Shown here: positions 63,162 through 64,000 of the stretch, in pieces
Layout of the letters: every line of letters begins with the position of its first letter
Numbering within the stretch: position 1 is the first letter of the stretch
Program-made: the position numbers and the translations under genes
Assembly (NCBI GenBank): GCA_013265495.1
Contig: MU057560.1
Coordinates: forward strand, 818,753 to 882,752
DNA from: Vicugna vicugna
Lineage: Eukaryota
Length of the DNA: 64,000 nucleotides
Reading direction: 5' to 3'
The notes under the pieces: generated by a model
The model's database searches: none
The model's input: only the letters and a program-made list of their open reading frames with translations
What the model was told of the DNA's origin: nothing

Positions 63162-63402
63162 TTTTTTTTTTAACTGAAGTACAATCAGTTACACTGTGTC
63201 AGTTTCTGGTGTGCAGCACAGGGTCCCAGTCATCACAGGGTCCCAGTCATGCATGTATATGTGTATTCATTTTCCTATTCTTTTCTTTTAAAGGTTATTA
63301 TAAGATATTGAATATAGTTCCCTATGCTCTACAGAAGAAATCTTGTTTTTTATCTGTTTTTGTATATAGTGGTTAACACTTGCAAATCTCAAACTCCCAA
63401 AT
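63162..63402 (-). mobile_element. Young L1 3'-end insertion with TSD and internal 17-bp duplication
   Basis: Poly-T plus L1 tail; GCAGGTGATT at 63154-63163 and 63408-63417; CACAGGGTCCCAGTCAT twice (63217-63250). Confidence 0.88.
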
Positions 63403-64000
63403 CAGGGGCAGGTGATTGAACCAGGGAGATGGCCCTGTATTCAAGTTAGCGAAATAAATATTCTAGAACCTGGGAACATCCGGGAGGGAGCCACCCACCG
63501 TGCCCTGGAAGAGGATTTGTGGGCGGACAGGAAAGGTGTGCTCAGGGAGGTGACGGTGGAGGGGCAGCTGGGACAGAGGAGGTGACGGTGGCTGGGTTGG
63601 AGGGAACGGGTGGCGCGGGAGGCGGTGTGATGCAGTCAGCCATTGCCCAGAAGGCTGGTTTGTCCTGAGGGGGGGGGGTGGGGGGGAAAGGTGAAGAGGG
63701 GGACGCCCTGCTGTGGGACACCAGGGGCCAGTCAGCGGGAGAGCAAGAGAGGGCAGAGAGGGGGTTGTGGAGGTCTGTGTGTGCCCTGCCCGGGGACCTG
63801 GACGTCAGCCTGCAGGTGGTGAGGAGCCCCAGCGTGGCCGCGGCGTCCTGCCGCTTCTCCCCCGGCAGCTCGGACACGGGCCACACGCACACTCCAGGCC
63901 TCGGCGCGGTCTGTCAGCCGGCCAGTCGGACGTTAAGATGAAGGTCAGGAGGTGGTGAAGCGGAAGACGCCTGCCTGTCCCGGTACCGCTCTGCGCACGG

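Noticed and set aside
1..64000. Prokaryotic-type systems (CRISPR arrays, operons, rRNA)
   Set aside because: The sequence is mammalian and repeat-rich; no repeat-spacer array, rRNA or dense coding structure is seen.

Overview
This window is mammalian genomic DNA, almost certainly camelid. The evidence is Vic-1-type tRNA-derived SINEs and many young, 5'-truncated L1 3' ends. I cannot recognise any intact protein-coding gene. The ORF track is explained by L1 remnants, GC-rich stop-poor DNA, the N gap and chance, so this looks like intergenic or long-intron DNA. It contains a nested L1 cluster (3.4-8.6 kb), several MaLR LTRs, a clean solo ERV LTR with a 4-bp TSD (27993-28525), Tigger/hAT fossils, MIR/L2 fragments, microsatellites, three CpG-island-like segments and several homeobox/FOX-motif-dense non-repeat blocks. 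A 1753-bp direct duplication brackets a 510-N gap and is probably an assembly artefact. The most unusual structure is a long inverted repeat of sequence I do not recognise as any repeat family. Its arms are ~17076-17550 and ~18571-19027, with a ~1-kb spacer. Its 172-bp core is ungapped and ~92% identical, its mismatches are mostly G-U-compatible for a minus-strand RNA, and each arm carries a mirror-image 64-nt exon-like unit. Repeat family names come from recalled consensus similarity, not from a search. All mismatch counts were made by eye.
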